A stretch of 64,000 nucleotides of DNA from Nanobdellati archaeon (GTDB lineage Archaea > EX4484-52 > GLR71): assembly GCA_019429125.1 (NCBI GenBank), contig JAHYJO010000002.1, positions 2,695 to 66,694 on the forward strand, in the 5' to 3' direction. The position numbers and the translations under genes are program-made. Positions 29,996-40,456 of the stretch are shown here, one piece after another (positions within the stretch are counted from its first letter, which is position 1; every line of letters begins with the position of its first letter). The notes below the pieces were generated by a model. It was given only the letters and a program-made list of their open reading frames with translations, did no database searches and had not been told where the DNA came from.

Positions 29996-30702
29996 TTGTA
30001 TTTTATGTCTAGTGGTTTTATAGAGTTTACAAAAGAAAATTTTATGGACCTATTGTTAAGCTATCGTGATATGTTTGTTGAAGATAGAGCTTTTGGTGCT
30101 GGGTATGTTACATCTTGTTTTTCTGAATTAAATATGTTTGATAAGGATGTTAATGCTCGTAAAAAATTATTTTCGAGGTATAAGTCTATAAATCTTAGAA
30201 TTGATCTTGAAAAGGAATATTCGTCGTTGTTTTCAGTTTCAGATTATGGGGTTGGGTCGGGTTTAATATTTAAAAAATTATTATTTTATGATGTGGCTTT
30301 GCGCATGTATGATGTTCTTGGGTCTTTTTCGGGGGGGTGGATAATCCATTTTTTGATGAAAGTGATGAGACTTGTTTAAATGGTCTTATTCAGAAATTAC
30401 AAAGGTGTGATGGTGATGAAAATATTGAGTTTTCAGATTACAGAGGGGCTCTTAAGTTTGCAACTAAAAGTATGACAAATAATAAAACTCTATTTCTTGA
30501 AGATATTTCAAATCAAGATATGTCTATGTATAATAAAGGATTTGTGTTGGATTATTTTCATGAAGGTGGGATCTCTCCATTTTACTCTAAGGGAGTGGGA
30601 TTTAAGATTAATGTTATGGTTAATAATATTTATATTGATGATATGCGGGTTGTATTAAATGGGGTTGCTGCACGTAAATTGGGTTCTGAGGTCTGGGTAT
30701 AA
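29996..30702 (+). CDS. hypothetical protein split into two overlapping ORFs at a G7 homopolymer (frameshift)
   Basis: ORFs 29996-30379 and 30337-30702 overlap across GGGGGGG at 30331-30337. One indel would fuse them into ~240 aa. Confidence 0.4.
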
Positions 30703-30894
30703 TTGAAGATGCCTAGGAGTTGTCATGATACTGATAAGGATGCTTATCGGTTGTATCCTAATAATTAAGGGATTTTCAATTTGGTTTTAGGGATGTTGCT
30801 TTGTTGCGTAAGGAGGGCGATATGCTTAAATGTATTTCAGATTAAAAACAAAGACTATTTAAAACTTCTGCCGTAATTTCATTTATTATTTGAT

Positions 30895-30978
30895 GCAGAG
30901 GTCGCTTAGCCAGGTAGAGCGCTGGACTTGAGATCCAGTGAGTCTTGACTCCCGGGTGTTCGAATCACCCTCTCTGCG
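30895..30978 (+). tRNA. tRNA-Ser (anticodon TGA), type II with long variable arm
   Basis: Hand-folded cloverleaf. Anticodon loop CTTGAGA, G73 discriminator, T-loop TTCGAAT. No intron. Confidence 0.8.
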
Positions 30979-30995
30979 CTTTTTTTATTTTTATT
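30979..30995 (+). terminator. T-run (CTTTTTTTATTTTTATT) after tRNA-Ser, archaeal terminator-like
   Basis: Oligo-T tract directly downstream of the tRNA 3' end. Confidence 0.3.
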
Positions 30996-31023
30996 AGGTT
31001 TTTTGTGGCAATTTAATATTTAC

Positions 31024-31037
31024 AAAACCTTTATAAA
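31024..31037 (+). promoter_or_regulatory. candidate BRE/TATA (AAACCTTTATAAAA) upstream of the S13 operon
   Basis: The same AAACCTTTATAAA motif recurs upstream of the rRNA operon. Confidence 0.3.
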
Positions 31038-31191
31038 ATTATCAAGACTATTCTTCTTGTTAATATAGTCTCTATACAGATTCTTGATTATTTTAAAACT
31101 TGATATCTATGTGGGAAATATTAATCATTTTCGGTAACATGTGTTGCCGTTGGTTCCTAAATACCCGGAACTAAAAAAAGGGGGAGTAAAT

Positions 31192-31707
31192 ATGGCAAAA
31201 AATGACATAAAACAAGATAAGATAAAAAAAAGTCCTAAGGCTACTGTTTTTGCAAGTAAACTTAATGTAAAACAGTCTAAAAATATCATTCGTATAAAAG
31301 GTACTGATGTTGTTTCTGCTAAAAAGTTAGGAATTGGGTTAACTGCTATAACTGGTGTGGATTATAATCTGTCGAGAGCAATAATCCATGTTGCGGGTAT
31401 GGATTATAATCAGTTAGTTGAATCGGTTTCTGAAAAAGATATTGAACGAATAGAAACTATAATTGATACCCCAATTAAGTTTGGAATTCCTGCATGGCTT
31501 TTAAATCGACGAAATGATTATGTAACTGGTAATAATATTCATTTAACCGGTTCAGATATCCGTTTGACTCTTCGTGATGACATAAATCGTCTTCGTAAGA
31601 TTCGTGCGTATAAAGGTATAAGGCATGAACTGGGATTACCTGTAAGGGGTCAGAGAACAAAATCATCATTCAGGAAGGGTGGCGTTGCGTCCAGGAAGAA
31701 AAAGTAG
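31192..31707 (+). CDS. rps13: 30S ribosomal protein S13 (uS13)
   Basis: S13 core and C-terminal GxRHxxGLPVRGQRTKS motif. Confidence 0.9.
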   Translation: MAKNDIKQDKIKKSPKATVFASKLNVKQSKNIIRIKGTDVVSAKKLGIGLTAITGVDYNLSRAIIHVAGMDYNQLVESVSEKDIERIETIIDTPIKFGIPAWLLNRRNDYVTGNNIHLTGSDIRLTLRDDINRLRKIRAYKGIRHELGLPVRGQRTKSSFRKGGVASRKKK

Positions 31708-31717
31708 GTGATATGGT

Positions 31718-32350
31718 ATGGGAGATCCACGAAAATCAAAAAGAATATACAGCAGACCTACAAGACCTTATGATAAAGATAGGATAACTGCCGAAAAAAT
31801 AACTATGAAAGAGTTCGGTCTTAGAAGAAAGAATGAAATCTATAAAGCTGAAGCTTTCATAAGGGATATTAAACGACGTGCACGTGAGTCTATTGCTTTA
31901 AAAGATGAAGAAGTTGAAAAGACAATCTTGAATAAAGTTACAAAACTTAATTTATTGGGCAATAAAGAAGCAAATATCGATGCTATTTTAAATATTGATA
32001 TGAAAGCGTATCTTGAAAGAAGGCTTGAGACACAGGTTGTAAGACGCGAACTTGCAAATTCATTTTTGCAGGCAAGACAGTTTATTGTCCATGGTCATAT
32101 CTTTGTGAACAATGTAAAGGTAACTTCACCGCAATATATTGTATGTTCTGGTGAGGAAGATCTTATAAGCTATAATTCACGGTCTGTTCTTGTTTCCAGT
32201 TTTTCATATGGTCCTAAAAAGATTAAGGAACGTAAAGAATTTGCAGGTGGGAGAAAACCTTTTGGTGGTAGAGGCGGAAGTCGTCCACCATTCCAAAATA
32301 GAACTGGTAATGCTCAAGCGGGTACATCTAATGGAGGTGTTAAGAAATGA
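31718..32350 (+). CDS. rps4: 30S ribosomal protein S4 (uS4)
   Basis: Operon position; S4 domain-like sequence. Confidence 0.9.
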   Translation: MGDPRKSKRIYSRPTRPYDKDRITAEKITMKEFGLRRKNEIYKAEAFIRDIKRRARESIALKDEEVEKTILNKVTKLNLLGNKEANIDAILNIDMKAYLERRLETQVVRRELANSFLQARQFIVHGHIFVNNVKVTSPQYIVCSGEEDLISYNSRSVLVSSFSYGPKKIKERKEFAGGRKPFGGRGGSRPPFQNRTGNAQAGTSNGGVKK

Positions 32351-32757
32351 GTGCTATAACTAAAACTGCTAAACCTCAAAAGTGGGGTATTGTTCATGTA
32401 TACAGTAGTTTCAATAATATTTTGATAACTCTTACAGATATTACTGGTGCTGAAACTTTAGCTAAATGTTCAGGCGGTATGATGACAGATAGAGGCCGTG
32501 ATCAGGCAGGACCTTATGCATCTATGCAGGCAGCACAACGTGTGGCTCAGGAAGCTATTGAAAAGGGTATGACTGGAGTTCATGTCAATGTACGTGCACC
32601 GGGCGGAAACAAATCTAAAACACCTGGTAAGGGTGCTCAGCCAGCAATAAGGGCGTTGATTAAAGGTGGATTGAAAATAGGTAATATTAAAGATGTAACT
32701 CCGTTACCTCATGATAAGACCCGTAAAAAAGGCGGACGACGTGGAAGGAGGGTGTAG
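32347..32757 (+). CDS. rps11: 30S ribosomal protein S11 (uS11)
   Basis: Highly conserved S11 core (GIVHV..S.NN..ITLTD..G). Confidence 0.95.
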   Translation: MSAITKTAKPQKWGIVHVYSSFNNILITLTDITGAETLAKCSGGMMTDRGRDQAGPYASMQAAQRVAQEAIEKGMTGVHVNVRAPGGNKSKTPGKGAQPAIRALIKGGLKIGNIKDVTPLPHDKTRKKGGRRGRRV

Positions 32758-32759
32758 AT

Positions 32760-33545
32760 ATGAAAGTTAAACTGTTGAGCCGAGACACTAATTCACTTAA
32801 GCTTGAAATATCTGAGACTACACCTGTATTTGTTAATTCTCTGCGTAGGGTAATTATGCAAGGGATACCTATATTATCTATGACTAGTGTTGATTTTATA
32901 GATAATACTTCCGCATTGTATGATGAGATAATTGCACACCGTCTTGGTTTGTTACCTCTTGTTTTTGACCTAAAGAAATTAGTTTTGGTTGCTGATTGCA
33001 AGTGTGGCGGTAAAGGTTGTTCTGCATGTCAGGTTAAATTCGTGTTGAAAAAAGATGGACCTTGCACCGTATATGCAAAAGATTTTAAATCAACTGATCC
33101 TGATGTTATGCCTGTAGATGGTGATATTATTATCGTCAAGCTTTTAGATGGTCAGTCAATCGATTTAGAAGGTACTGCAAATATAGGTTTTGCTCGTGAT
33201 CATGCAAAATGGCAGAGTTCTATTGTAGGTTATGGTTTTTATCCTACATTGAAAGTCGATGCGAAACGTATTAAGGAAGCTAAAGAATGTATTGATGCGT
33301 GTCCATTAGGACTTATAACATCTGATTTCAAGTTAACTGATCCTTATTCTTGCACTCTTTGTGGTTCATGTTCAGAATCATGTCCACCAGGTGTTGTGAC
33401 TATTGAGGGTGACAGTTCAAGAATAATATTGTATATTGAATCGGTCTCAGGTCTTAGTCCGGAAGTAATTCTCCGTGAAGCAAAAGATTTATTGGCAAAT
33501 CATGTTGGCGAGTTTGAAGAGGCTTTGAAAAAAGAATTAAAATGA
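32760..33545 (+). CDS. rpoD: DNA-directed RNA polymerase subunit D (Rpo3) with 4Fe-4S-type Cys cluster insertion
   Basis: Position after S11; CTLCGSCSESCP ferredoxin-like motif. Confidence 0.85.
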   Translation: MKVKLLSRDTNSLKLEISETTPVFVNSLRRVIMQGIPILSMTSVDFIDNTSALYDEIIAHRLGLLPLVFDLKKLVLVADCKCGGKGCSACQVKFVLKKDGPCTVYAKDFKSTDPDVMPVDGDIIIVKLLDGQSIDLEGTANIGFARDHAKWQSSIVGYGFYPTLKVDAKRIKEAKECIDACPLGLITSDFKLTDPYSCTLCGSCSESCPPGVVTIEGDSSRIILYIESVSGLSPEVILREAKDLLANHVGEFEEALKKELK

Positions 33546-33553
33546 GGATTTAT

Positions 33554-33737
33554 GCAGGGGTCGCCAAGTCTGGTCAACGGCGCTGGACTTAAGATCCAGT
33601 GAGTCAGTCTCTACGAGGGTTCGAAATTAAAATAAGCCTTTAAAGTGTAAGTATTATCTTATGTTGTATGAGGTAGTGCTTGCAGTTGTCATTATTGTGG
33701 TTTAGGTTTTGTTTTTAAGAAAATCCCTTCCCCTGCA
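33554..33737 (+). tRNA. tRNA-Leu (anticodon TAA) interrupted by a ~98-nt intron within the T-loop
   Basis: The 5' part, 33554 to about 33625, is GCAGGGGTCGCCAAG...CTTAAGA...GAGGGTTCGAA. The T-stem 3' strand (CCCTT) and acceptor 3' strand (CCCCTGC) plus A73 lie at 33724-33737. The intact tRNA-Leu(TAG) at 35441-35525 is a close paralog. Confidence 0.75.
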
Positions 33738-33874
33738 CTCTCATTAAAAATATATTTATAAAGGTATTGGTATTAATTATACCTGTTCAATGTAATATAT
33801 GCATTGTCTCCAAGTACGTAACATTGGAATTATTGGTGTTGCGCGCGAGGGAAACCATATAAGGAGGTTATTAA

Positions 33875-34240
33875 ATGACAAAACACACGGGTCCTACAAA
33901 TCCAGTAACTATCAGTCTTATACGAGATTTAAGAAAACTGGGCGTAAAGGAAAATGCACAGATATGGAAAGATATAGCTATGTGGTTGGAAAAGTCTTCA
34001 AGACAGAGACCAGCAGTTAATCTATCTAAACTGGAAAAATTCTATAATGATAAACTAGAGATTATTGTTCCTGGAAAAGTATTAGCTGATGGTATTATTT
34101 TAAAACCAGTCAAAGTTTCTGCTCTTTCCGCATCGGGTTCTGCAATCCGTAAACTTGAATCTGTAAAAGGTAGTTTTACTACAATTCAAGAACTCATGAA
34201 AATGAATCCTAAAGGTAAAAACCTTAGGATTATAGTATAG
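33875..34240 (+). CDS. rpl18e: 50S ribosomal protein L18e
   Basis: AGGAGG SD 8 nt upstream; archaeal position after rpoD. Confidence 0.85.
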   Translation: MTKHTGPTNPVTISLIRDLRKLGVKENAQIWKDIAMWLEKSSRQRPAVNLSKLEKFYNDKLEIIVPGKVLADGIILKPVKVSALSASGSAIRKLESVKGSFTTIQELMKMNPKGKNLRIIV

Positions 34241-34249
34241 GTGTTTATT

Positions 34250-34660
34250 ATGATAGTTGATGGTACAGATCTTATACTTGGAAGGATGGCATCCAAAGTG
34301 GCTAAAGTTCTTCTTGCTGGTGAAGATGTAATTATAATTAATGCTGAGAAAGTTGTAATTTCGGGTAGTCGGAAGGAAATTTTTACAAAATATAAAGTCC
34401 GACGAGATAGAGGAGATATTTATAAGGGTCCTTTTACTCCAAGAATGCCTGATAGACTTGTCAGGAGAACTGTAAGAGGTATGCTTCCACGGGCAAAAGC
34501 AAAAGGTATAACTGCTTATGCTAAACTTTCCGTACATATTGGTGCTCCTACGTCTGTTAAAGGCACACCAGAACCAATGGATATCTCAAAAGGTAGTCTT
34601 AAAGATCAGAAATATGTCACTGTCCTTGAATTATGTCAGTGGCTTGGTGCGAAGGTGTAG
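34250..34660 (+). CDS. rpl13: 50S ribosomal protein L13 (uL13)
   Basis: MIVDGTDLILGRMASKVAK N-terminus. Confidence 0.9.
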   Translation: MIVDGTDLILGRMASKVAKVLLAGEDVIIINAEKVVISGSRKEIFTKYKVRRDRGDIYKGPFTPRMPDRLVRRTVRGMLPRAKAKGITAYAKLSVHIGAPTSVKGTPEPMDISKGSLKDQKYVTVLELCQWLGAKV

Positions 34661-34664
34661 ATTT

Positions 34665-35069
34665 ATGAAAGTTATAAATACTGTAGGTAAAAGAAAAAAT
34701 GCGGTTGCAAGAGCAGTCCTAAAGAAAGGTACAGGTCAATTCAGGATAAATAGGATTCCTTTTGATCTTGTTAAACCGGAATTATCACGCTTGAGACTTA
34801 TTGAACCTATAAGGCTTTCTAAAGCTGTTTCAGATATGCTTGATATTGATGTTGTCACAAATGGTGGTGGAACTACGGGCATGATTGATGCTGCAAGGCA
34901 AGCTGTTGCTAGAGGTATAGTCTCTTGGACTGGCGATGATGAACTTAAGAGTAAATTTGTAGCTTATGACAGGAATCTTATTGTGAATGACCCAAGAAGG
35001 AATGAAGTAAGTAAGCAATCACATTCCAGTATGGGTCCTCGTAGAAAGAGACAGTCAAGTAAGAGATGA
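34665..35069 (+). CDS. rps9: 30S ribosomal protein S9 (uS9)
   Basis: GKRKNAVARA N-terminus and C-terminal RRKRQSSKR. The track ORF started too far upstream. Confidence 0.9.
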   Translation: MKVINTVGKRKNAVARAVLKKGTGQFRINRIPFDLVKPELSRLRLIEPIRLSKAVSDMLDIDVVTNGGGTTGMIDAARQAVARGIVSWTGDDELKSKFVAYDRNLIVNDPRRNEVSKQSHSSMGPRRKRQSSKR

Positions 35070-35075
35070 TGTGAT

Positions 35076-35282
35076 ATGATTATACCTGTAAGATGCATGA
35101 CATGTGGCGCTGTAATTGGCGGTAAATGGGAAAAGTATAATGCGCTTATTGCTAAAGGCAAGACTCCTAAAGATGCGCTTGATGAACTTGGTATTCGTCG
35201 ATACTGTTGCAGAGGTCTTATGTTGACTCATGTTGACATTATTGATGAGGTTGCAAAGTTCAAGATTGTCAGTAAAAATTAG
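35076..35282 (+). CDS. rpoN: DNA-directed RNA polymerase subunit N (Rpo10)
   Basis: MIIPVRCMTCG...RYCCRGLMLTHVD zinc-binding motif. Confidence 0.85.
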   Translation: MIIPVRCMTCGAVIGGKWEKYNALIAKGKTPKDALDELGIRRYCCRGLMLTHVDIIDEVAKFKIVSKN

Positions 35283-35325
35283 GTAAGGATATTATATCTT
35301 TTATTTTTTATTTTATTATGTATCT

Positions 35326-35400
35326 GCTCCCGTAGTGTAGACCGGCCAATCATTCTGGCCTTTCAAGCCAGTGACTCGGGTTCAAATCCCGGCGGGAGCA
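35326..35400 (+). tRNA. tRNA-Glu (anticodon TTC)
   Basis: Hand-folded cloverleaf. Anticodon loop CTTTCAA, T-loop TTCAAAT. Confidence 0.9.
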
Positions 35401-35440
35401 TTTATAGTTTTATCATTTAGTGCGGTTATCATTTTTACAT

Positions 35441-35525
35441 GCAGGGGTCGCCAAGCCTGGTCAACGGCGCTGGGCTTAGGACCCAGTCTTATAGAAGTTC
35501 GGGGGTTCGAATCCCCTCCCCTGCA
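35441..35525 (+). tRNA. tRNA-Leu (anticodon TAG), type II
   Basis: Anticodon loop CTTAGGA, long variable arm, A73. Uninterrupted. Confidence 0.9.
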
Positions 35526-35598
35526 TTTATTTTCTTTTAGTCTTATCGACAGGTATTTAAATAGGTATAATTATAATATTTATTAAACTGTGATTTTT

Positions 35599-36549
35599 AT
35601 GTGGCTTCAGATTAAAATGTATATGGTTATGGCTGCGCTTTTTGCGGTGGTCTATTCGCTTGTGTCAGTCGCAGGTATGTATCTTGGTATGGGTACTTTT
35701 GTATTTTATGCATTACTTGCGACATTTTTTATGTTTGTGCAGTTCATGGTTGGGCCTAAAGTTGTTGAATGGTCTATGAAAATCAAGTATGTGACGCAGT
35801 CTGAGAATCCTAAACTGCACAGGATGGTTGATGAACTTGCAAGGCAGGCAAATATTCCTAAACCACGAATAGGTGTTTCTGATAACAGTTTGCCTAATGC
35901 GTTTGCTTTCGGTCGGTGGAAATCTGATAGTCGTGTCTGTGTTACAAAAGGTATTCTTAATCTTTTAGATGATGATGAACTTCGTGCTGTGTTAGGTCAT
36001 GAGATTTCACATATTAAAAACCGTGATGTCTTAGTCATTACTCTAATAAGTGTCATACCTATGATTGCTTGGCATATTGCATGGAGTTTTATGTTTTCAG
36101 GCGGGCGTAATCGTGAAGGTGGAAACACTATTGCTTTAGGTATTGCTGCTTTTGGTATATATATATTTACTAATCTTTTAGTGCTTTATGCGTCGCGTGT
36201 GCGTGAATATTATGCTGACAGGGGTAGCGTTGCGCTAGGGTCAAGACCTAACCATCTGGCTTCTGCATTGTATAAGCTTGTTTATGGGAGTGCCAAGATT
36301 TCAAAAGATGATCTCAAAAAAGTTGAAGGTATGAAAGCGTTCTTTGCAAGTGATCCATCTCGGGCATTCTCTGATATGCGCGAGCTTAAGGAATTGGACA
36401 AGGATATGAGTGGTGATATTGATGCTAGTGAATTGCGAGCAATTCGTGGGCGCAAGATGGCTGTATCTCGTTCAAATAAGATGATGGAGATGTTAAGTAC
36501 TCATCCTAATATGCTTAAGAGGATTCATGCGCTGTCTGAGATGGAATGA
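35599..36549 (+). CDS. htpX: M48-family zinc metalloprotease HtpX
   Basis: N-terminal TM helices plus the HEISHIKNRD (HExxH) motif. Confidence 0.8.
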   Translation: MWLQIKMYMVMAALFAVVYSLVSVAGMYLGMGTFVFYALLATFFMFVQFMVGPKVVEWSMKIKYVTQSENPKLHRMVDELARQANIPKPRIGVSDNSLPNAFAFGRWKSDSRVCVTKGILNLLDDDELRAVLGHEISHIKNRDVLVITLISVIPMIAWHIAWSFMFSGGRNREGGNTIALGIAAFGIYIFTNLLVLYASRVREYYADRGSVALGSRPNHLASALYKLVYGSAKISKDDLKKVEGMKAFFASDPSRAFSDMRELKELDKDMSGDIDASELRAIRGRKMAVSRSNKMMEMLSTHPNMLKRIHALSEME

Positions 36550-36571
36550 GTGTGGGTTTTTTGTTTTTTTA

Positions 36572-36691
36572 ATTTATATATTTAGATTTATATTTAGATT
36601 TATATTTAGATTTATATTTAGATTTATATTTAGATTTATATTTAGATTTATATTTAGATTTATATTTAGATTTATATTTAGATTTATATTT
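36572..36691. repeat. tandem array of ~10 copies of a 12-nt unit (TTTAGATTTATA)
   Basis: The perfect head-to-tail repeats are directly visible, in the htpX downstream intergenic region. Confidence 0.9.
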
Positions 36692-36782
36692 GGGTAATAA
36701 TTTGTATGTGTCTTGAGAGTTTGTTATTGCTGTGTATGCCTAAGTCTATGAGATATAGTAGGAAAATTAAATATTAAATTCT

Positions 36783-37199
36783 GTGAATCTTGTGAAAGAA
36801 CTTAAAGTAACAAAGGAAATTGCTTTAACTTATTTGTTACCTATTTCTGTTGAGGATTATTTGAGTTCTACAGGTGTTGATGTAGGTAATTATGATGTTC
36901 GGCCAGTTTATGGTTCTTCTTCAGGAATTCCTGAGTGTTATAATTATAAGACTATTGAATATATTGAAAACTTGCTTGATGAACTGCAAGGGCCTGTTGG
37001 TGCTAAACTTTTTACTGGTGGGATTCCTGATATAGATTTTATTTTTTCTGAAAAACATCTTATTGGTGAATCTAAAGAATTAGGTGCTGATGTTGTTGTG
37101 GTTGTAAAAACTCAATATCCTGATTCTGCACCTTCTTTGTTTTCGTTGGGTCAGCATACAGTTTATCTTGAAGGGCTTGCTTTAGTATCTAAAGATTGA
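36783..37199 (+). CDS. hypothetical protein (138 aa, GTG start)
   Basis: ORF only. No motif recognised. Confidence 0.35.
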   Translation: MNLVKELKVTKEIALTYLLPISVEDYLSSTGVDVGNYDVRPVYGSSSGIPECYNYKTIEYIENLLDELQGPVGAKLFTGGIPDIDFIFSEKHLIGESKELGADVVVVVKTQYPDSAPSLFSLGQHTVYLEGLALVSKD

Positions 37200-37277
37200 A
37201 TGTTTTTTGTTTTATTGACTTTTTTGCATAGATGCTAAGTTTTATAAAATTGAATTTTCTTAAATATATTTGTTATT

Positions 37278-38255
37278 ATGCCATTAGAATTTAAAAAGTT
37301 GTTGATGCAGAATCCATGTGCTGGCTGTGGTGCTACTTGTGATAATGCAAATGCAAATAAAGAAAAGGCATTTCTTAAGGATTTCTATATATATGATCCT
37401 GAAACGGGACAATATGCAACTGTTCTTGAAACACCTTATGATTTAATTGCGACTATACATTCTTTAGAAAGTATATATAGTCAAGGTCATTCTGTGAAAA
37501 ATTTACATATTCTTTATGGTAATGTTAATGGTGTTAAAAATTTATTTTTAGGTAATGGTCATGATGTTGTTGTTAATGATTTAAGTGAGGTGAATCCTCG
37601 TGATAATGATACTATGCTAATGTTGCTTCATAAAAAAAGAAAAAGTAGTGATGGTCGTGATATTTTAGAAAATTATATAGAATTTATGGATACTATACAG
37701 GCTACTGGTTCTGTTGATGCTCCTTATACGTTTACTGCAAAGTCTATGTCTCAAAAGTATTTAACGCAGATAGAGGAAGCTATTTCTGGAGTTCCTTATC
37801 TTAAGACTGGTGATGGTACAAATATGATAATTAATGTAAGAAAAAGTGATTTGATTTGTGCTAAAGATGATGGTTTTCTTGATGAAAAACTTTATAGGGA
37901 TATTATATCTGATACTTCTAAGGTTGCACCACTTTTTCCATTTAATTTCAAGATTAAGTTTCCAGAACCGTTAAAACTAGATTTGGTACCTGCTAGGGAT
38001 ATTCCATCTGGTATTGATTTAACTAATGTCAGTTTGATTGATGTTAATGATGGGGGTACTGTGTATCATGTATTTTTTAATACATCTTCTGAACATTTTG
38101 GGCGGGTTGATATTGTGTCAGGTACAAAATATGTCTCTGTAATTAATACTTATTTGAGTGATACTTTGAAAGATTCTGATGTGGGTCCTCTTTTTGCGAT
38201 TATTAAGGCATTTGATATGTTTGAGAATTCTTTGTCTAGTGAACATTTTAATTAA
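37278..38255 (+). CDS. hypothetical protein with N-terminal CxxC (325 aa)
   Basis: ORF with coding-like composition. No motif recognised. Confidence 0.4.
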   Translation: MPLEFKKLLMQNPCAGCGATCDNANANKEKAFLKDFYIYDPETGQYATVLETPYDLIATIHSLESIYSQGHSVKNLHILYGNVNGVKNLFLGNGHDVVVNDLSEVNPRDNDTMLMLLHKKRKSSDGRDILENYIEFMDTIQATGSVDAPYTFTAKSMSQKYLTQIEEAISGVPYLKTGDGTNMIINVRKSDLICAKDDGFLDEKLYRDIISDTSKVAPLFPFNFKIKFPEPLKLDLVPARDIPSGIDLTNVSLIDVNDGGTVYHVFFNTSSEHFGRVDIVSGTKYVSVINTYLSDTLKDSDVGPLFAIIKAFDMFENSLSSEHFN

Positions 38256-38320
38256 ATTATCATTTTCAAAAATCAAAACTCTTAAAAAGCTTACCATATC
38301 TATTTAATATGTTAATCTGT

Positions 38321-38498
38321 GGTGAGGGTGAGCTAGCTCGGTTATGCTTGACGACTGTGGATCTTCAAACCCGGGTTCAAACGAGGGGGCTCCCTCAAGG
38401 CGCATTATATGTTCAGACCTTTGGTTGAATATAGATTATCTTTATCATTAATGATTTTTGCGCTAGAGATGTCTTTTCTGGAATTCCCGGCCCTCGCC
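38321..38498 (+). tRNA. tRNA-His (anticodon GTG) with encoded G-1, C73 and a ~100-nt intron in the T-loop
   Basis: G-1 plus acceptor GTGAGGG (38321-38328); anticodon loop CTGTGGA (38355-38361); T-stem CCGGG with loop TTCAAA at 38371-38381. The T-stem 3' strand CCCGG and acceptor 3' strand CCCTCGC plus C73 lie at 38485-38498. Confidence 0.65.
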
Positions 38499-38520
38499 CT
38501 TTTTTCTTTGTTTTTTTGAT
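38499..38520 (+). terminator. T-rich tract after tRNA-His
   Basis: CTTTTTTCTTTGTTTTTTTG follows the tRNA 3' end directly. Confidence 0.3.
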
Positions 38521-38653
38521 TTTAAATTTGTTTATTTTTTAGTGTTTTACTATTCCTTTATAATATTATCATTACTATTAATCTTGTTATATTCAATCTT
38601 AATCGGTTGTTGTACTGTTGCACTTTTTAGTAGTGTATTCGGTTTGACAAAAC

Positions 38654-38662
38654 CTTTATAAA
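38654..38662 (+). promoter_or_regulatory. candidate rRNA operon promoter (AAACCTTTATAAAG)
   Basis: Strong BRE/TATA-like match ~225 nt upstream of the 16S 5' end. Confidence 0.35.
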
Positions 38663-38886
38663 GATTTAGATTGCATAACTTATATTCAACTTTAACTGTT
38701 AACATTTGCGTACAAATCCGTGCGTAAAGCTTGTTTTTGTTGGTCTATATACTGATATGGACTGTTTATGAACTGAAGTGCCTCTTTGGAGGTGCGGTGA
38801 AGGTTTTTTTAAAGGTCGTTTATTAGATACAATGTTGGCTTGTTTGATATGAGTCAGAATAAGGTGAATCTTTGTTGGCTTCGTTA

Positions 38887-40357
<1,471 letters not shown>

Positions 40358-40456
40358 TGCCAAAAAGTTTCTGAACTTGTGATAGCTACTTCAACGTAGC
40401 ATTACGTAAACAGATTACGAAGCCGACAAAGCACCAATTTTTCAATTTGTTTAAAT

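Noticed and set aside
30895-30978. Whether the TGA-anticodon tRNA is really Ser given G37 and an anticodon arm nearly identical to tRNA-Leu(TAA)
   Set aside because: The anticodon TGA, G73 discriminator and long variable arm all fit Ser, so the Ser call is retained, though isotype-specific model scoring would be prudent.
35371-35586. 71-aa ORF
   Set aside because: It overlaps tRNA-Glu and tRNA-Leu(TAG); the translation is dominated by tRNA sequence.
36572-36691. Possible CRISPR array
   Set aside because: Units are 12 nt and directly abutting with no spacers, so this is a simple tandem repeat.
38310-38500. GC-rich island considered as SRP RNA
   Set aside because: No helix-8 GGAA/AGCAGCC-type motifs. 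The sequence instead folds convincingly as an intron-containing tRNA-His with G-1:C73.
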